NCBI RefSeq assembly: GCF_006345805.1
Contig: NC_042998.1
Span: 152,520,001-152,584,000, forward strand
DNA: 64,000 bases
Direction: 5' to 3'
DNA from: Octopus sinensis
Taxonomy: Eukaryota
Below are positions 50,201-62,550 of the stretch, in pieces. How positions within the stretch are numbered: the stretch's first letter is position 1; each line of letters starts with the position of its first letter. The position numbers were made by a program, and so were the translations under genes. Below the pieces are notes generated by a model, which was not told the DNA's origin, searched no databases, and worked only from the letters and a program-made list of their open reading frames with translations.

Positions 50201-50405
50201 TGGACCTCTTCCTGTCAGGTGTCCCGGATGAACCAACTTCACGGCAGGAGGTGCAGATGAGGGCAGCTGCATCGAACTCTCTCATGCATCAGATGGCGTT
50301 TGCTAAAAAGCATCCGTGAGGTAAAATCGTGTAGCAAACCAAATGGCGGTGCCCCAGCATGGCCACAGCTCATTAGCTGAAACTGGAAAAATCAAAATCA
50401 AAATC
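47290..50405 (+). mobile_element. Near full-length ORF2 CR1-group LINE (APE plus RT), with small deletions and frameshifts
   Basis: LLNIRGL...TETHL...RTDR...GGVAMYI...YRP...MGDFNLP, PTRAGNTLDL...SDHN, ATGPDGFP...KNYRPISL...QHGFRPGRSC...[23 protein letters not shown]...YADD. Tail gctgaaactggaaaaatc(aaaatc)2. Confidence 0.97.
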
Positions 50406-50430
50406 ATATATATATGTATATATATATATG

Positions 50431-50461
<31 letters not shown>

Positions 50462-50991
50462 GTATGTATATATATATGTATGTATATATATATGTATATA
50501 TATATATGTATGTATGTATATATATATATGTATGTATATAATATATGTATATATATATATGTATGTATGTATATATATATATGTATGTATGTATATATAT
50601 ATATATATATATGTATGTATATATATATATGTATGTATATATATATATGTATGTATATATATATATGTATGTATATATATATATGTATGTATATATATAT
50701 ATGTATGTATATATATATATGTATGTATATATATATGTATGTATATATATATATGTATGTATATATATATGTATGTATATATATATGTATATATATATAT
50801 ATATATGTAGATATATATATATATGTACGTATACATATATATATATATGTATGTATACATATATATATGTATGTATACATATATATATGTATGTATACAT
50901 ATATATATATGTGTATATGTATCTATGTATGTATATATATGGGTGTGTATATATATGTGTGTGTGTGTGTATATATATGTGTGTGTGTATG

Positions 50992-51024
<33 letters not shown>

Positions 51025-51030
51025 ATCTAT
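50406..51030. repeat. TA/TG microsatellite array
   Basis: Directly visible, with an 18-nt tatatatatatgtatgta sub-unit in 50590-50770. Confidence 0.97.
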
Positions 51031-51034
51031 GTAT

Positions 51035-51236
51035 ATGGCAACATATCTGCTGTTCGTGTCATTTTTGACCAACAGAATGAAAGCTTCTTCCCCAATGTGA
51101 TCCAAGCACTGCAACACTAGTGTTAAAAGCACGTGTGTGGACCACAAAGGGAACTATGTTGAAAAATAAACCTCATTTGGTCACATTGATTGAGTGTATC
51201 TTGGTCAGCCTATGAACTTTTCAGCCAACCCTCATA
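51035..51236 (+). mobile_element. Mariner 3' end
   Basis: [25 protein letters not shown] resembles the mariner C-terminus. TIR ttggtcagcctatgaacttttcagccaaccctca|ta. Confidence 0.75.
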
Positions 51237-52412
51237 GGTGCAAATGAATGATAGTAATAATAATCATTTTTACAATAGGCACAAATCCTGAAATTTTAGG
51301 GCAGGGGGTCAATCGATTATATCAGCCCCAGTATGATGTCATCCAAAAAGATGAAAGGCAGTGTTACTCTCAGCGGAATTTGAAATCAGAATGTATAGAT
51401 GGACAAAGTGCCACTGAGCATTTTGTCCAGCATGCTGATGATTCTTTCCTCTGCATCTCCAGCCTTATGCCCTTTGTCTCTACAAGACATGCATTCAGTA
51501 CGGCTTTAGGATTTTCAGGTCCAACTTGATCCCTCCCGGCCATATGTCACTTTGCATCACATTTGTGCCAGTTGACCACCCATTCAGTGATTGAAAGGTG
51601 ACTGATCAGTATTATTACCAATGCACTTCATTGCCACCTCTATATTTCTCTGCCCCAGATATTGGAGTTCAAGTGGATGGGTTATATCTCACTATTTCAA
51701 GTTTTTTTTTTGAGTTCTTGGTGCCAAAAATACTAAATACACTTCCATATGCCTTACTACACTCAATCAAGAGAATTTCTTCTGATTTATCATTTACAAG
51801 GCCTTTTCTAGTTTCTCTTTCAGTGCCAAATGGAATCCTTGACTGTTCTTTTTTTGGGTAGAAAGAGAGGAAGACTGTCTTGCATGACATAGCATTTCCA
51901 AATGGAGCTTTTTTTTTTTTAAAGAAATTCTCCATGTCTAGTGTATCCCTACCTGGCTTAACATGCAAACAAAACTGACCCCATCTGTAATATTCTTTAT
52001 GTTTTCAGTTTGAAGCTGTAAGTGTGTGTGTAATGTTATTCTTGACCAAAGAGATACTGACAATTATTTACACTAGCAATGTCTTCAATGGAATTGTCAT
52101 ATTTTTTTTCTGTAATGCGGGTCTTTGCAAATGATTTCTTGCTCTTTTTTGTGTATATTGCGTGTGTGACAGTCTTAGTTCAACATTTTGTTTTTTATTC
52201 TTTTGAGGAGTATGGCTGGGAATTTTTGCAGCCATTTATAGATAGTGAGAAAGCAAAAAAATTTCTCTACAAAAAAATAGCAAATCTTATTTATTTTCTG
52301 TCAACCTCTAAGCTTTCTAAAGCTATCTGTATACAAGTAAGTTTAATAAGGTTATATGCCTTATTGTAATTGTCCTGTCTTGAAAATATCTGATCAGGTC
52401 ATCAAATTTATA

Positions 52413-52612
52413 TTAATCCTTTAGCATTTAGCTTACTCTGTCATTGTTTGAATTAATCATGTATTATCTCATAGTTTTGATATTTCAGTTATATGATTGT
52501 TTGTTTTTAGAATAACATTGTAGGGTGTGAGAGCCTGGATCTGGCCAGTTTGAACATAAAACAGGTAGAATATTTTGGCTAGATATGATTGGTTTAAATG
52601 TTAAAGGGTTAA
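52413..52612. mobile_element. piggyBac-type MITE
   Basis: TTAA-tcctttagcattt ... aaatgttaaaggg-TTAA, i.e. TTAA target duplication and CCCTTTA-type short TIRs. Confidence 0.8.
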
Positions 52613-54079
52613 AGCTAGATTGCTGTAGTGTTAAAAAGATGTCATGCTGTGGAAAATGAGATGGTAAAAGTATATATGAGAGATGTTTAAACAACCTCTA
52701 CTGGTACATGCACACATACACTAATGTTAATGGCACACACTGATGACAATTAGTTTTGTATGTGAAAGAGTGGGGTGTATATGTGCATTCCATTAACATT
52801 TATGTGTGTGTGAGTATGTTACAGAGTTTTCCTACTATCATAATAATAACCATGTTCCTAACTTACTTCATAAAATATGTATAATCATATATTCTCAATA
52901 TGAGTGGTACTAACTATATAACACCAACTACTTCTTAAATTATTTAATTACTGAAAGTTTGACAGACAATGAACATAGAGCATGAGACCAAGAATAGAAT
53001 CAAAAGAGGCTGAGAAGATACAAGGAAACATTGAGGAAAGGGCAAAAGGAAAAATTAAGGAATAAAGAGAGAAAACTCAGGAATAATAAGAATTAACTCA
53101 GAAGGAAAAGAATGGAATTAGAAGGTGCTTTACAATGAATAATGGAAACCAAGGCAAATAGGGAAAGAATAAGAATTGATCAAGAAAGAAGACAAAATAT
53201 GAATGATGATGATAGGCAAGAATATTTTGTACATGAATAAGAAAACAGTCTAGAAGAGAAGGCATGACTGAAGAGAATCAGAATTGTGAAGGCAATGACA
53301 GGATGTTCTCACTGACTGGGAAGATATTTATGACTGACACTGTCATAAAATGAAATAATCATAGTTACTGATAACAGTAATAATAATTCTTTATAATTTA
53401 GTCACAACTCCTAAATTTTGGGAGGTGAGATATGGAATTAATTGATACTATCAACCTTAGTACTTGACTGTTACTTAATTTTATCCCAGAGGGGGATAAA
53501 AAGCAAAGTTAACCTCAGTGGGATTTTTTACATTGGTACAAGGTTTCTGATATTTAGAGGATGGCTTTTATTTCATTGACTCCAGTATATATCTAGTATA
53601 TATTTTATCTCAGAAGGAAGAAAGTAAATTATGTGTAGAGTTCAAATCCCAGCAGGATTAATTATTGATTGTCACAATTTAATCGATTGAAGCCAACCAA
53701 TTAATTTTGTCAATATTTCCTGAAAGGAAACAGAGGGCTTCTACAAGCCATTCAGTCTACAAAAATAAATAACCAGTTTCCTTCAAATCACACTGCCATC
53801 TTAAAAAAAATAAAGAGCACACTTTATGATGTTGTCCAGAATACTCAATGCTTAAAGGACACATAAGACAACACTGTCATAGATACTCAATGCTTAAAAA
53901 CAATATTGGTTGATCTTGTCTGGATTGCTGGTTCAGCACTTACTTGGATGTCGAACAGCTGTGTCAGCGCACACTCAGTAGTACACGGGTAAGATTTTGA
54001 GAATGAAGCAAATCACTTATTTTCTTTGTGGTATGCACATAAATACTGTCATATTAGTCATAACAAAGAAATAACTGAT

Positions 54080-55445
54080 TTAATGGAAATAGCACCCTTG
54101 TTCTTACAGTCAATGAAAAGATGAGGCATGAGAGTGTCATTACAAGAGGTTGTTGACTGATGAAAATGCATGGGAGAAAGAAGGACTCAACAGAGGAATC
54201 TGGCATCAAAATTGATAGCAGCATGATGGATAGAGTGACTAAGGTAGGGAAGGCAACTGGACCATCAGAAATTATAGATGAGATGCTTAGCATATCTAGT
54301 GGAGTGAGATATGTGCCAGTCAACTGCACAGTAAATCAGGTGGTGCAGGAGGGCATCATACCCAATGACTGTCATAGAAGCATCATTGTCAACTGTTATG
54401 AAGACAAAAGTGATGAATTGAAGAAAGGAAACTAGATGTTTTAAATTGTTGAACTAGGTTAAGGAGATTAAAAAAAAACCCAGTTTATTTGATGGTAAAG
54501 AGAATTAACAGAGATTCAATGTAGTTTGATTTTGTGCTAAGAAGTACACCTTCTTGAAACAGCTACAAAAGTATCTAGTTAGGAATAAGCCCCTACTCCT
54601 GGTATTTGTCAACTGAGAGAAGGTATTGACAGGGTTCTTTGGTCTATTGGTCTGGTGGTCACTGAGGAAGCTTGAAGTAGAATAATGGCTTGTGAGAGCT
54701 CTACAAACCATGTATAGAAGTGTAGTCAACAGTATGTGAGATAGAAATGAATCCAGTGCAAAAATAGGGAGTGCACCAGGAGTCAGTCTTCACTCCTCTG
54801 TTCATTTAGTCCTTCACTTCATAACTAAGATATTTAAGACCAACTGCCTGTAAGAATTCCTTTATGCTGATGTCCTTGTCCTGGTTGTTATACTGGAAAC
54901 TGTAGAACAATTAGAAAAGAGGTTCCAGATAGGGAATTATGAGGCTTCAAATGAATTTAGCAAAGACTAAAGTATTAGTAAGTAGGAAAGACAACATTGT
55001 TTCCATCAGGGAAATGACTATGTTTGATATATAGAAAAGGAGTTGGTAGGAACTACTCTATACAATGTACCAAGAGTAAACTGGGAGTGCACAGAAGTTG
55101 TAGTGAAAACATGTAGGCTAATAGAGAAGGTAAATTTCTTATATTGGCAGGTGCACAGAGGTTTTAAGTACGAAAGGTACATGTGAAATAGATCCTCCAA
55201 TTCCTTGACAGTTCTCTAGAATGAGTAGATATTAGCAATGGTCTAGGTATTCTGAAAGCATAATAACCAACATAAAAACTGGTTGGAAAAAATTTAGAGA
55301 CCTCTAACCTCTGCTGGCAACAAAGTGCTTCTTCAAAATGAGGGGCAGATTGATGCTTGTGTGTGAAGTATTATGTTCCATGGTAGGAAGACAGAGGATT
55401 TGCAAAGACTAGAAAGAATTGAAGTAAACATGCTTTATTGGATGC
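54080..55445 (+). mobile_element. Heavily decayed RTE LINE (RT region)
   Basis: KVGKATGPSEI.DEML...IIPNDC..SIIVNCY.DK.DEL (54160..54435). Downstream matches to the tactcctggtatttgtc...gagaagg, aggagtcagtcttc and gctgatg motifs of the 8352-9973 copy. Confidence 0.75.
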
Positions 55446-55446
55446 T

Positions 55447-56150
55447 CAAGGTGGTATCAAAAGGTTCACAGACAATTATGTTTAATAAAAAATAACTTAT
55501 TTACCTAACTTTTAACATCCTCTCCTTCGAAATAGTCACCTTGCGCAGCAATACGCAGGCCCCCAGCATTCCTGCCACTTTTGGAATCCAGCCTGAAAGT
55601 CGTTTTCCATAAGCAAGTCAAGGACCTTCTGCAATTCACTCTGGATTTCAACAAAGTGTTAAAATGGAGATGGAAGTCTGCAGGTGTTTAATCTGATGAA
55701 TAGGGCTGGTGCAGAAACAATGCCATATTGTTTTTGGTGAGAAACTCACAAGTGAGAAGAGCTCAGTGACAGGATGAATTGTTGTCACAAAGATCCATTC
55801 GGCTTCATTAAATGTCCTTCCTCAAGCACTTTAAAACATTACAGTAAAACTCTTGATTGATGGTCTGGCCCTAGGGGATGAATTCTCAATGCACAGTACC
55901 ACATTTCCAGGATGACACTTGTAGCAGGTCTTCAATATCACTCAGCATCTTCCAGGGACATTCTTCCACTTTTAAAGCGTCCATGCCACTCAAAACATTG
56001 TGTCAACCCATTGCCTCATCACTGTAAGCTTGCTGAAACATGCTTAATATCTCTGTTGCAGACTTCCCTAGTTTAACACAAGATTTCACACTGGCTTTTT
56101 GTTCTTGTCCATGACAAGATTGCAGATTACAGCATACACGTAATCACAAA
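55447..56150 (-). mobile_element. Internally deleted mariner, same family as 11878-13103
   Basis: TIR aggtggtatcaaaaggttcacagac. Block tccttcgaaatagtcaccttgcgcagcaatac...tttggaatc..gcctgaaagtcgttttc is shared with 11940-12030, and cactcaaaac...cccattgcctcatcactgt.agcttgc with 12790-12840. Confidence 0.88.
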
Positions 56151-56164
56151 AATCTGTGGATTCC

Positions 56165-58033
56165 CATGACCCTCTATTGCCATCCGATTCCATTATTAAA
56201 ATGATTTTGAATCGAGAGCTTGAGTCATGTTTTACTTTGCATTTCTAAATTGTTATCTTGACTCTCATAGCACAGATTTTATCAACCGATATTAAGATAT
56301 TTTCTGCTTTTCCCTGCATACCTGTATTAATTTTGTTCAATGTTCAAATATGTCTGAAAGATATGCCAATTAGGTGCACCAAAGATCGTCTTGAATCAGA
56401 TCATTCTTTTGATTTTCTTCAAAAAGTTTAAGCATCATTTCTCTCAATTTGTATACACACCAATGCACACAACCTTTTGAAAGCCAACAAATCTCTATGT
56501 GTAGTAGATGTTTCTTGAAATTTGCTCCCATTTCTTCACAAATACGAGCAAATAATTTTGATCTAAGAGGTCTACTTTTGATGTAATAGACCATTTGAAC
56601 CACTTCATTTATAACTCTTCATAAATCATCTCCAACAGTTTGCACAATTAGTGTTTCATGATGCAAAAAACAGTGAGTAATTATATTTGTATTGTCTTAT
56701 TTTGCTAAATTTGTAAAACCTTTTACTGAACCTACCATTGAGAGTGTGCCATCTGTGCATATTCCTACACAGTTTAACCATAACAAATTATTTTCCCTCA
56801 TTAAGGATTCTAAAGCTTCACCTCTAGCTCTCAATGGATGTTCTAGACAACACAAGAATTGCTCAATAATTCTGTCATTATAAATGAAACATATAAAAAC
56901 CATTAATTATGCTAACCCATAGACATCTGTTGATTCATCTAACAGCAATGCAAATATGATATTATCTTGAAAAATATCCTTCATTTGCAGCTTAATGTCA
57001 TCAGACATATCTTGAATTTGTCGTTCTATTGTGTTATCTGCCAGAGGAATTTTATTAACTTCTATCTCAAATTCGGGTCCAAACATTGTTCGAACAATAG
57101 CACAGCAAGATTCCTTTATAGTACTTTCAGCAGTACTGTGTCATTCCTTGTTTTTGGCAATTATTTGAGCAACCAAGTAACTTACCTCTTGAACTTTGTC
57201 TGATGTCTTCTTTCTCTTTGTGACCATTGAAGCCTGCTTTTTTTAGAGATTTTGAAAGTTCAATGAAGTATTCCACTGGTTTTGTTGACAAGTTTCCATA
57301 TCTAGTGCTGAAATGACGCTTTGTTTGGTACCATACTTTCATTTGCATGTATATCCCCACAAGCTAACACAAGGGACTAGGGTTCTTTTCATTTCCAGAA
57401 AATGTGAAGCTCAGTTTTATATAATCTTTGTTGTATTAAAATTTTTTTCCCTGTGCCAGTGACACATAAAATGCACCATCCGAATGTGGCCGTTGCCAGT
57501 GCAGCCTCCACTGGCTTCTGTGCCGGTGGCACATAAAAAGCACCATCCGAACGTGACCGATGCCAACCCTGCCTCGAATGGCTTCTGTGCTGGTGGCACA
57601 TAAAAAGCACCATCCGAACGTGGCCGATGCCAGCACCGCCTTGACTGGCTTCTGTGCCGGTAGCACATAAAAAAGCACCAACCGATTGTGGCCGATGCCA
57701 GACCCCTCTGGCACCTGTGCAGGTGGCACGTAAAAAGCACCCACTACACTCGCAGAGTGGTTGGCGTTAGGAAGGGCATCCAGCTGTAGAAACACTGCCA
57801 GATCAGACTGGAGCCTGGGGCAGCCCCTGGCTCCCCAGACCCCGGTCGAACCGTCCAACCCGTGCTAGCGCGGAAAACAGACGTTAAACGATGATGATGA
57901 TGATGATGTGTCCTTCTCACTCACTGATGCAGGTTGTTCAACAGTTGTCTGAGCGGTTTCCTTTGTAGTTGTTGAATTTTGTTCATTGGAAATGTCAAGA
58001 TCTGCAACTTTTCTTAATTAAAAACTTATCCAT
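56165..58033 (-). mobile_element. hAT (Buster/Charlie-like) transposase pseudogene, interrupted by an RTE 3' fragment
   Basis: Minus frames MDKFLIKK (ATG at 58033), YIKLSFTFSGNE, KRHFSTRYGNLSTKPVEYF, CVGICTDGT.SMVG...GF...AK, and VYYIKSRPLRSKLFARICEEMG....LLH.EI.WLSKG. Confidence 0.88.
57453..57907 (+). mobile_element. Young RTE 3' UTR fragment with a 67/67/67/63-nt unit array and (GAT)n tail
   Basis: Units start at 57453, 57520, 57587, 57654 and 57717 (partial), followed by cactacactc...ggttggcgttaggaagggcatccagctgtagaaac...gttaaacgatgatgatg. Confidence 0.95.
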
Positions 58034-59469
58034 TTTATGGCTAATTTAATTACTATTTATGAATAAACTAATCTGATTTATTATAAAGTTATGATAACTA
58101 AACATGTAATTAATATCACCAGCACTGAGCATGATAAAATTAGAAATGGCACGTTGCACTTATTTAGAACACCCAGTTCCTAAGGTTAAGCCCGCGAGAC
58201 TGATGAACAAGGGGCAAGTGTGGCATGGGTTTAATGGGATTTCATAATTATTTGTTCACCCTCAGTAATGTGTAGTATCAGTATAGGTGAGCAATAACTT
58301 TTGAAAGCAGTCCCAGTGTGTTTTGCTCACTAAAGCAGGTGTGGATTTGAAAATTTTTAATCGATTTTCAATTTACTTTACTTAAGAGAATAGCACTTAC
58401 AATATGTTAATTCTTTTACACTGAATAAAATACAAGAAAAAGGGGCATTAATAATGAAGATTACTTGTGCCTTTTTTCTCTTTTTTTTTGTCTAATCTGG
58501 CCTCCAAACATTAAGTGGGAAACAATAGCTGGTAGGTACATGCATTGACATGTTCACTATGCTAACAAACAGATTCTGAAAAGCTGAAACAAATTGGTAT
58601 TGGGTATTTTATATATTGGTTTCCTGTACATTTACGACACTGCTCTATAACATACACAACAGTCGGGTTTTCTCTACTGCTATACATGTGTGTGTGTGTG
58701 TGCAAGGGAAGCAGACCATTACAACTGGTTCAACTCGTAACATGAATAAAAGAAACATGAAAATATATTTCTAATGGCTATGAAGCTAAGGTTCTATAAA
58801 TGGAAGTCACATACAGGATTTGAAGCCTCACTACAACCAGTGGGTTGTTATAAGTAATACAACTCTGGTTTCACTGATACCAACCTTACTAGGTGATGAC
58901 TGTGGTTAGTAGTGGGAAGGGCCTCCAACTGGAGCTGCTCCACCAAATAAACCAACCAAGTAAATCTAAACATGGTGAGAAAAGGATAGAATTAAATATT
59001 TGGATTTTTAAAAAAAAAGCTTAATATATTCTAGCTGGCAATTTTTTTTTTATTTTATTAGTTAATTAGCAACTTCATTCAAAATATTTCTCCCAGTTTA
59101 TTTCTTGACACTACCAAAAGTATTACTTTTTCCTCACACACACCTTACACTACCAAACTTCAGTCATTTTACAAATTTTCTTAACAACTGCCAAATTTTG
59201 TTAATATTCATACATACATACATACATACACCTTTAATTAGGAAACTTGTGAGGGAGAAGCATACTCTTATTTGAAAATGTATTTAGTATATAAGGCAAG
59301 TAAATAAATATATACCAGAAACCTCTCGTGTATCAGTACTCTATCAATGACAGTACTACAGTATAAAAGGCATAGGTAGCACCTTTGCATCAGAAATGTC
59401 ACTTCAGGATACTTATCAGTCAATTAACTAATTAATCAGTTATTATTTATCTTTGTATTAACTATGTTG

Positions 59470-62315
59470 TAGACTACGCCCTCTTCTGGTAGATGCAAGT
59501 ATCAAATGAGTGAATGATGATGGTAAATTGAATGCAAGGACACTGATATGATATGCCTGCTGGCAAACATCCATACAAACCTTCTTTACAGATGCTGAAT
59601 GCTGTACCCCACCCCATCTCCCTGTTCCTTTTTGCCACCCCTTCTGCTTCCTTAGCATTGACACTGTCAATGTAGGCACATTGAAAAGTATGCCTGGTGA
59701 GATTGTTGAGATGTTGGAATGGAGCCATGTAGTTGTGTGTTGCATTCAAGAACTAAGGTGGAAATGAGCTTCAGTCAGGTTCCTCACAGGCAAAGAACAG
59801 ATACAAAAAAATTCTGAAAAGGTAATAGTGATGAAGTAAGTGGTGTGAGCATACCTTTAGCTGAAAAATGGGTTGATAAGGTGATCAAGATGGTCAGAGT
59901 GTGTAATAGGATACTACACTTAAACTAATTTTGCAAAGTAGTACAGTATTATTTCTGTCTCTACTCCTCAACTGAGACTGCTGACAAACAAAAAGATCAA
60001 TCTTATGATATTCTTTTGCTGACTACCTCAAAGACATGGCAGTGACCTTGTTTTCGTGACTAGTAACTTCAATAGGTATGTTGGGCAGCATCTGGGTGGC
60101 TTCCATGGCATGCATGGAGTTAGCTCCCATAATGAGGAGGGGATAAGGCTACTGGAATTCTGTGATGCAAATAACCTAATGATCTGCAACACCAACTTCC
60201 AGAAAGCAGCCAGTCACCTGATTACCTATTAATCTGGTGATCACATTGTTAGATTGACTACATTCTCACCAGAAAGTGAGATAAATGGTTATTCATAAAT
60301 GCAAAAGACCTTCTTAGGTGAAGAACATACTCCTCAACATAGGTTAATTATAAGTGACATTGGACTACAAGGATTCCAAGAAGCAACTTAGTCTGGAGAA
60401 GGAAAATTTGGAAGCTTAAAAATCCTTTGAATAATTAAAGATTTAGAGAAGCATATGAGGAGGAGATAGACTTGTAACCTAGAGGACAACAGGAAGTTTC
60501 TGTGGGTCACAGGTCAAATTTGAGGCTGATGCATGATCTCGACCAGACCCAGGTGGACTTGGTGATGGAACAGTGGAGTAGATAGGGCCATAAGAGCAAA
60601 GAAACAAGTGTGGAAGAGTGGGTGTAGCAGATAGCTATACAAGGTAGCTAGAAAAGCTAGGAGACAGGTATATTTAGCCAGGGGAGATGCAGAAAGGAAG
60701 AAGTTTGCCAATGATCTGCAGCTTGAGGACCAGAGTCATGAGGTATTTCAGATTGCAAGACAGTTTGTTTGGATAGATGATAGTGCACTTGGACTTAGTG
60801 ATTCTGCAAAGAAAGAGGCTTGGAAGTGCCACTATGAAAGGTTGCTAAGTGTGGAGAATGCATGGGAGAAGGATAGTCTTCCTCATGTGGACCCAACTGA
60901 GAGACCAGCTATTCAAGATGACAGCAGCATAATAGGTAAAGCAATTAAGGATATGAAGACAAGGAAAGCTCTTGAATCAAGAAATACCACCAAGAAGCTT
61001 AAAATATCTGACAGAGTGGGACAGTCACCTGTAGAGTTAATCAGGCTGTCCAGGAAGGGTTCAAACACAATAACTGGTGCAGCAGCATTATAGTCAACTG
61101 CTATGGAATAAACCTTTGACAAGGTCCCTCACTCTCTCATCTGATGGTTGATGAGTGGTTAGTAAGAGCCATCTGAGCCATGTACAGGGATGCTCTCTAT
61201 AAAGTAAAATTCAGCAGTGAGTTCAGAGAGCTACTACCTTTATCAGTAACAAAGGGCTTTTCCTTCAGAGTGAAAAACAGATTGTATGATGCCTGTGTAT
61301 GGGTAACAATGCTATGTGGCAGTGATTGCAGAGGACATGTGAAGGCTTCAAAGAAATGAAGCCAGTCTACTCTGCTAGATGTGCAATGCCAGTGTGCATA
61401 TATGACAAAGTATAAATGTGTTTGAGAGAAAAATTGGATATAACCGGCATCACATGTAGTATGTAAGAGAGGGAAGAAGACTGCATTGGTATGGTCATGT
61501 GATGTCTATGGATGAGGACAGCTGCATAAAGAAGTGCCACTCTCTAAATGTGAAGGGAAACTATGGAAGAGGAAGATGTGGAAAAAAGTAGTAAGAAATG
61601 ATCTGATGTTATTGCCTCACAGAGTAGATGAGAAAGGACTGAGGCAATTGACAATATGCTGTGCTTGAGAAGACCTGTCCACCTGAGTAAAATCAAAGAC
61701 ATTATGGTGTGTCCATGCCCCTCTCATTCCCATAACACAATCTATTCTCCAACAAACCTCACCCACGACCCATCATCCCAACACCTCCCACTTCCCCTTA
61801 GCCATGTTCACCACCACTATATTCCCCTCCATTCTGCCTCACCTACCTCTACGCAGTATGTCCCTACTGAATCTCTTCCCTACAACATAGCCTCACAATC
61901 CCTCATCCACTTCACTCTATACACCTCCCTGTAACTTGGGTGTACAGCCCTTGCCCCCTCCCCATCCCATCTTCACCTCCTTTTCTTAGCTCTCTCTCTC
62001 CCTCTCCACTTCAGGTAGCCATGTTTCTTCACTAATGCAAGAAACCTTTTTCTGCTCCTTAATATTATCCCCCCCCCACCACCACGTTAGTTGAGAAGTC
62101 TAGCCCTGTAAATTATTTGGTGACCTCACTGCTGCTGGTACCACATAAAAAACACCCAGTACACTCTGTAAAGCATTTGGCATTAGGATGGGCATCCAGC
62201 CATAGAAACCATGCCAAAGCACACAGCAGAGCATGGTGCAGTCTTCTGATTTGCTATTTCCTGTCAAACTGTCCAACCAATGCCAGTATGGAAAACAGAC
62301 ATTAAATGATGATAT
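59470..62315 (+). mobile_element. Near full-length but heavily decayed RTE LINE
   Basis: APE start SIDTVNVGTLKSMPGEIVEMLE...VCCIQELRW (~59650-59760), ataatgaggaggggataaggctactggaattctgtgatgc, linker, C-terminal cattggtatggtcatgtg...aagaagtgccac and tail 62130-62315. Many stops. Confidence 0.85.
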
Positions 62316-62399
62316 AATATAAATGGTAAATATATAAGAAAAAGCTTTGGTCTCCTTTGATGAATAATATTTGGTTTTTATGTTTTTCCAGAATTAATC

Positions 62400-62550
62400 A
62401 TGAGTCGTAAAAGAACATTGATGCCTGATATCTATAAAGCGAAGAAACGGCAGTGTTTGGCTGTTGGAACTGCTGCTGCTACTGTTGCTGCCTCTGCCAC
62501 TCCCACTCCCAATTCTCTTGACAGTGAAGAAGCAGAGAACAAGAATGATT
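62400..62550 (+). CDS. First coding exon of an unidentified host gene (exon 62392-62550): MSRKRTLMPDIYKAKKRQCLAVGTAAATVAASATPTPNSLDSEEAENKND, then a phase-1 intron
   Basis: Acceptor ttttatgtttttccAG (62390-62391), ATG 8 nt later, non-repetitive codon-like sequence, consensus donor GTAAGT at 62551. Basic clusters RKR and KAKKR resemble a bipartite NLS. Confidence 0.75.

Noticed and set aside
51560-52380. Minus-strand text resembling an old RT (KAYNLI.L..IQ.ALESL.V) and ORF 51669..51968
   Set aside because: Too degenerate; no QG or YADD motif could be recovered, so it is left unclassified.
52960-53340. Purine-rich segment resembling charged repeats (RERIRIDQERRQNMNDDDRQE) of Helitron RepHel N-termini
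   Set aside because: Multiple stops, and no Rep or helicase motif or termini nearby.
62400-62550. Naming the gene (the end ENKND plus a split T-- codon faintly recalls the KDY-MNQL start of an F-box in FBXO38)
   Set aside because: It rests on two or three residues and an unseen next exon. Not supportable without a search.
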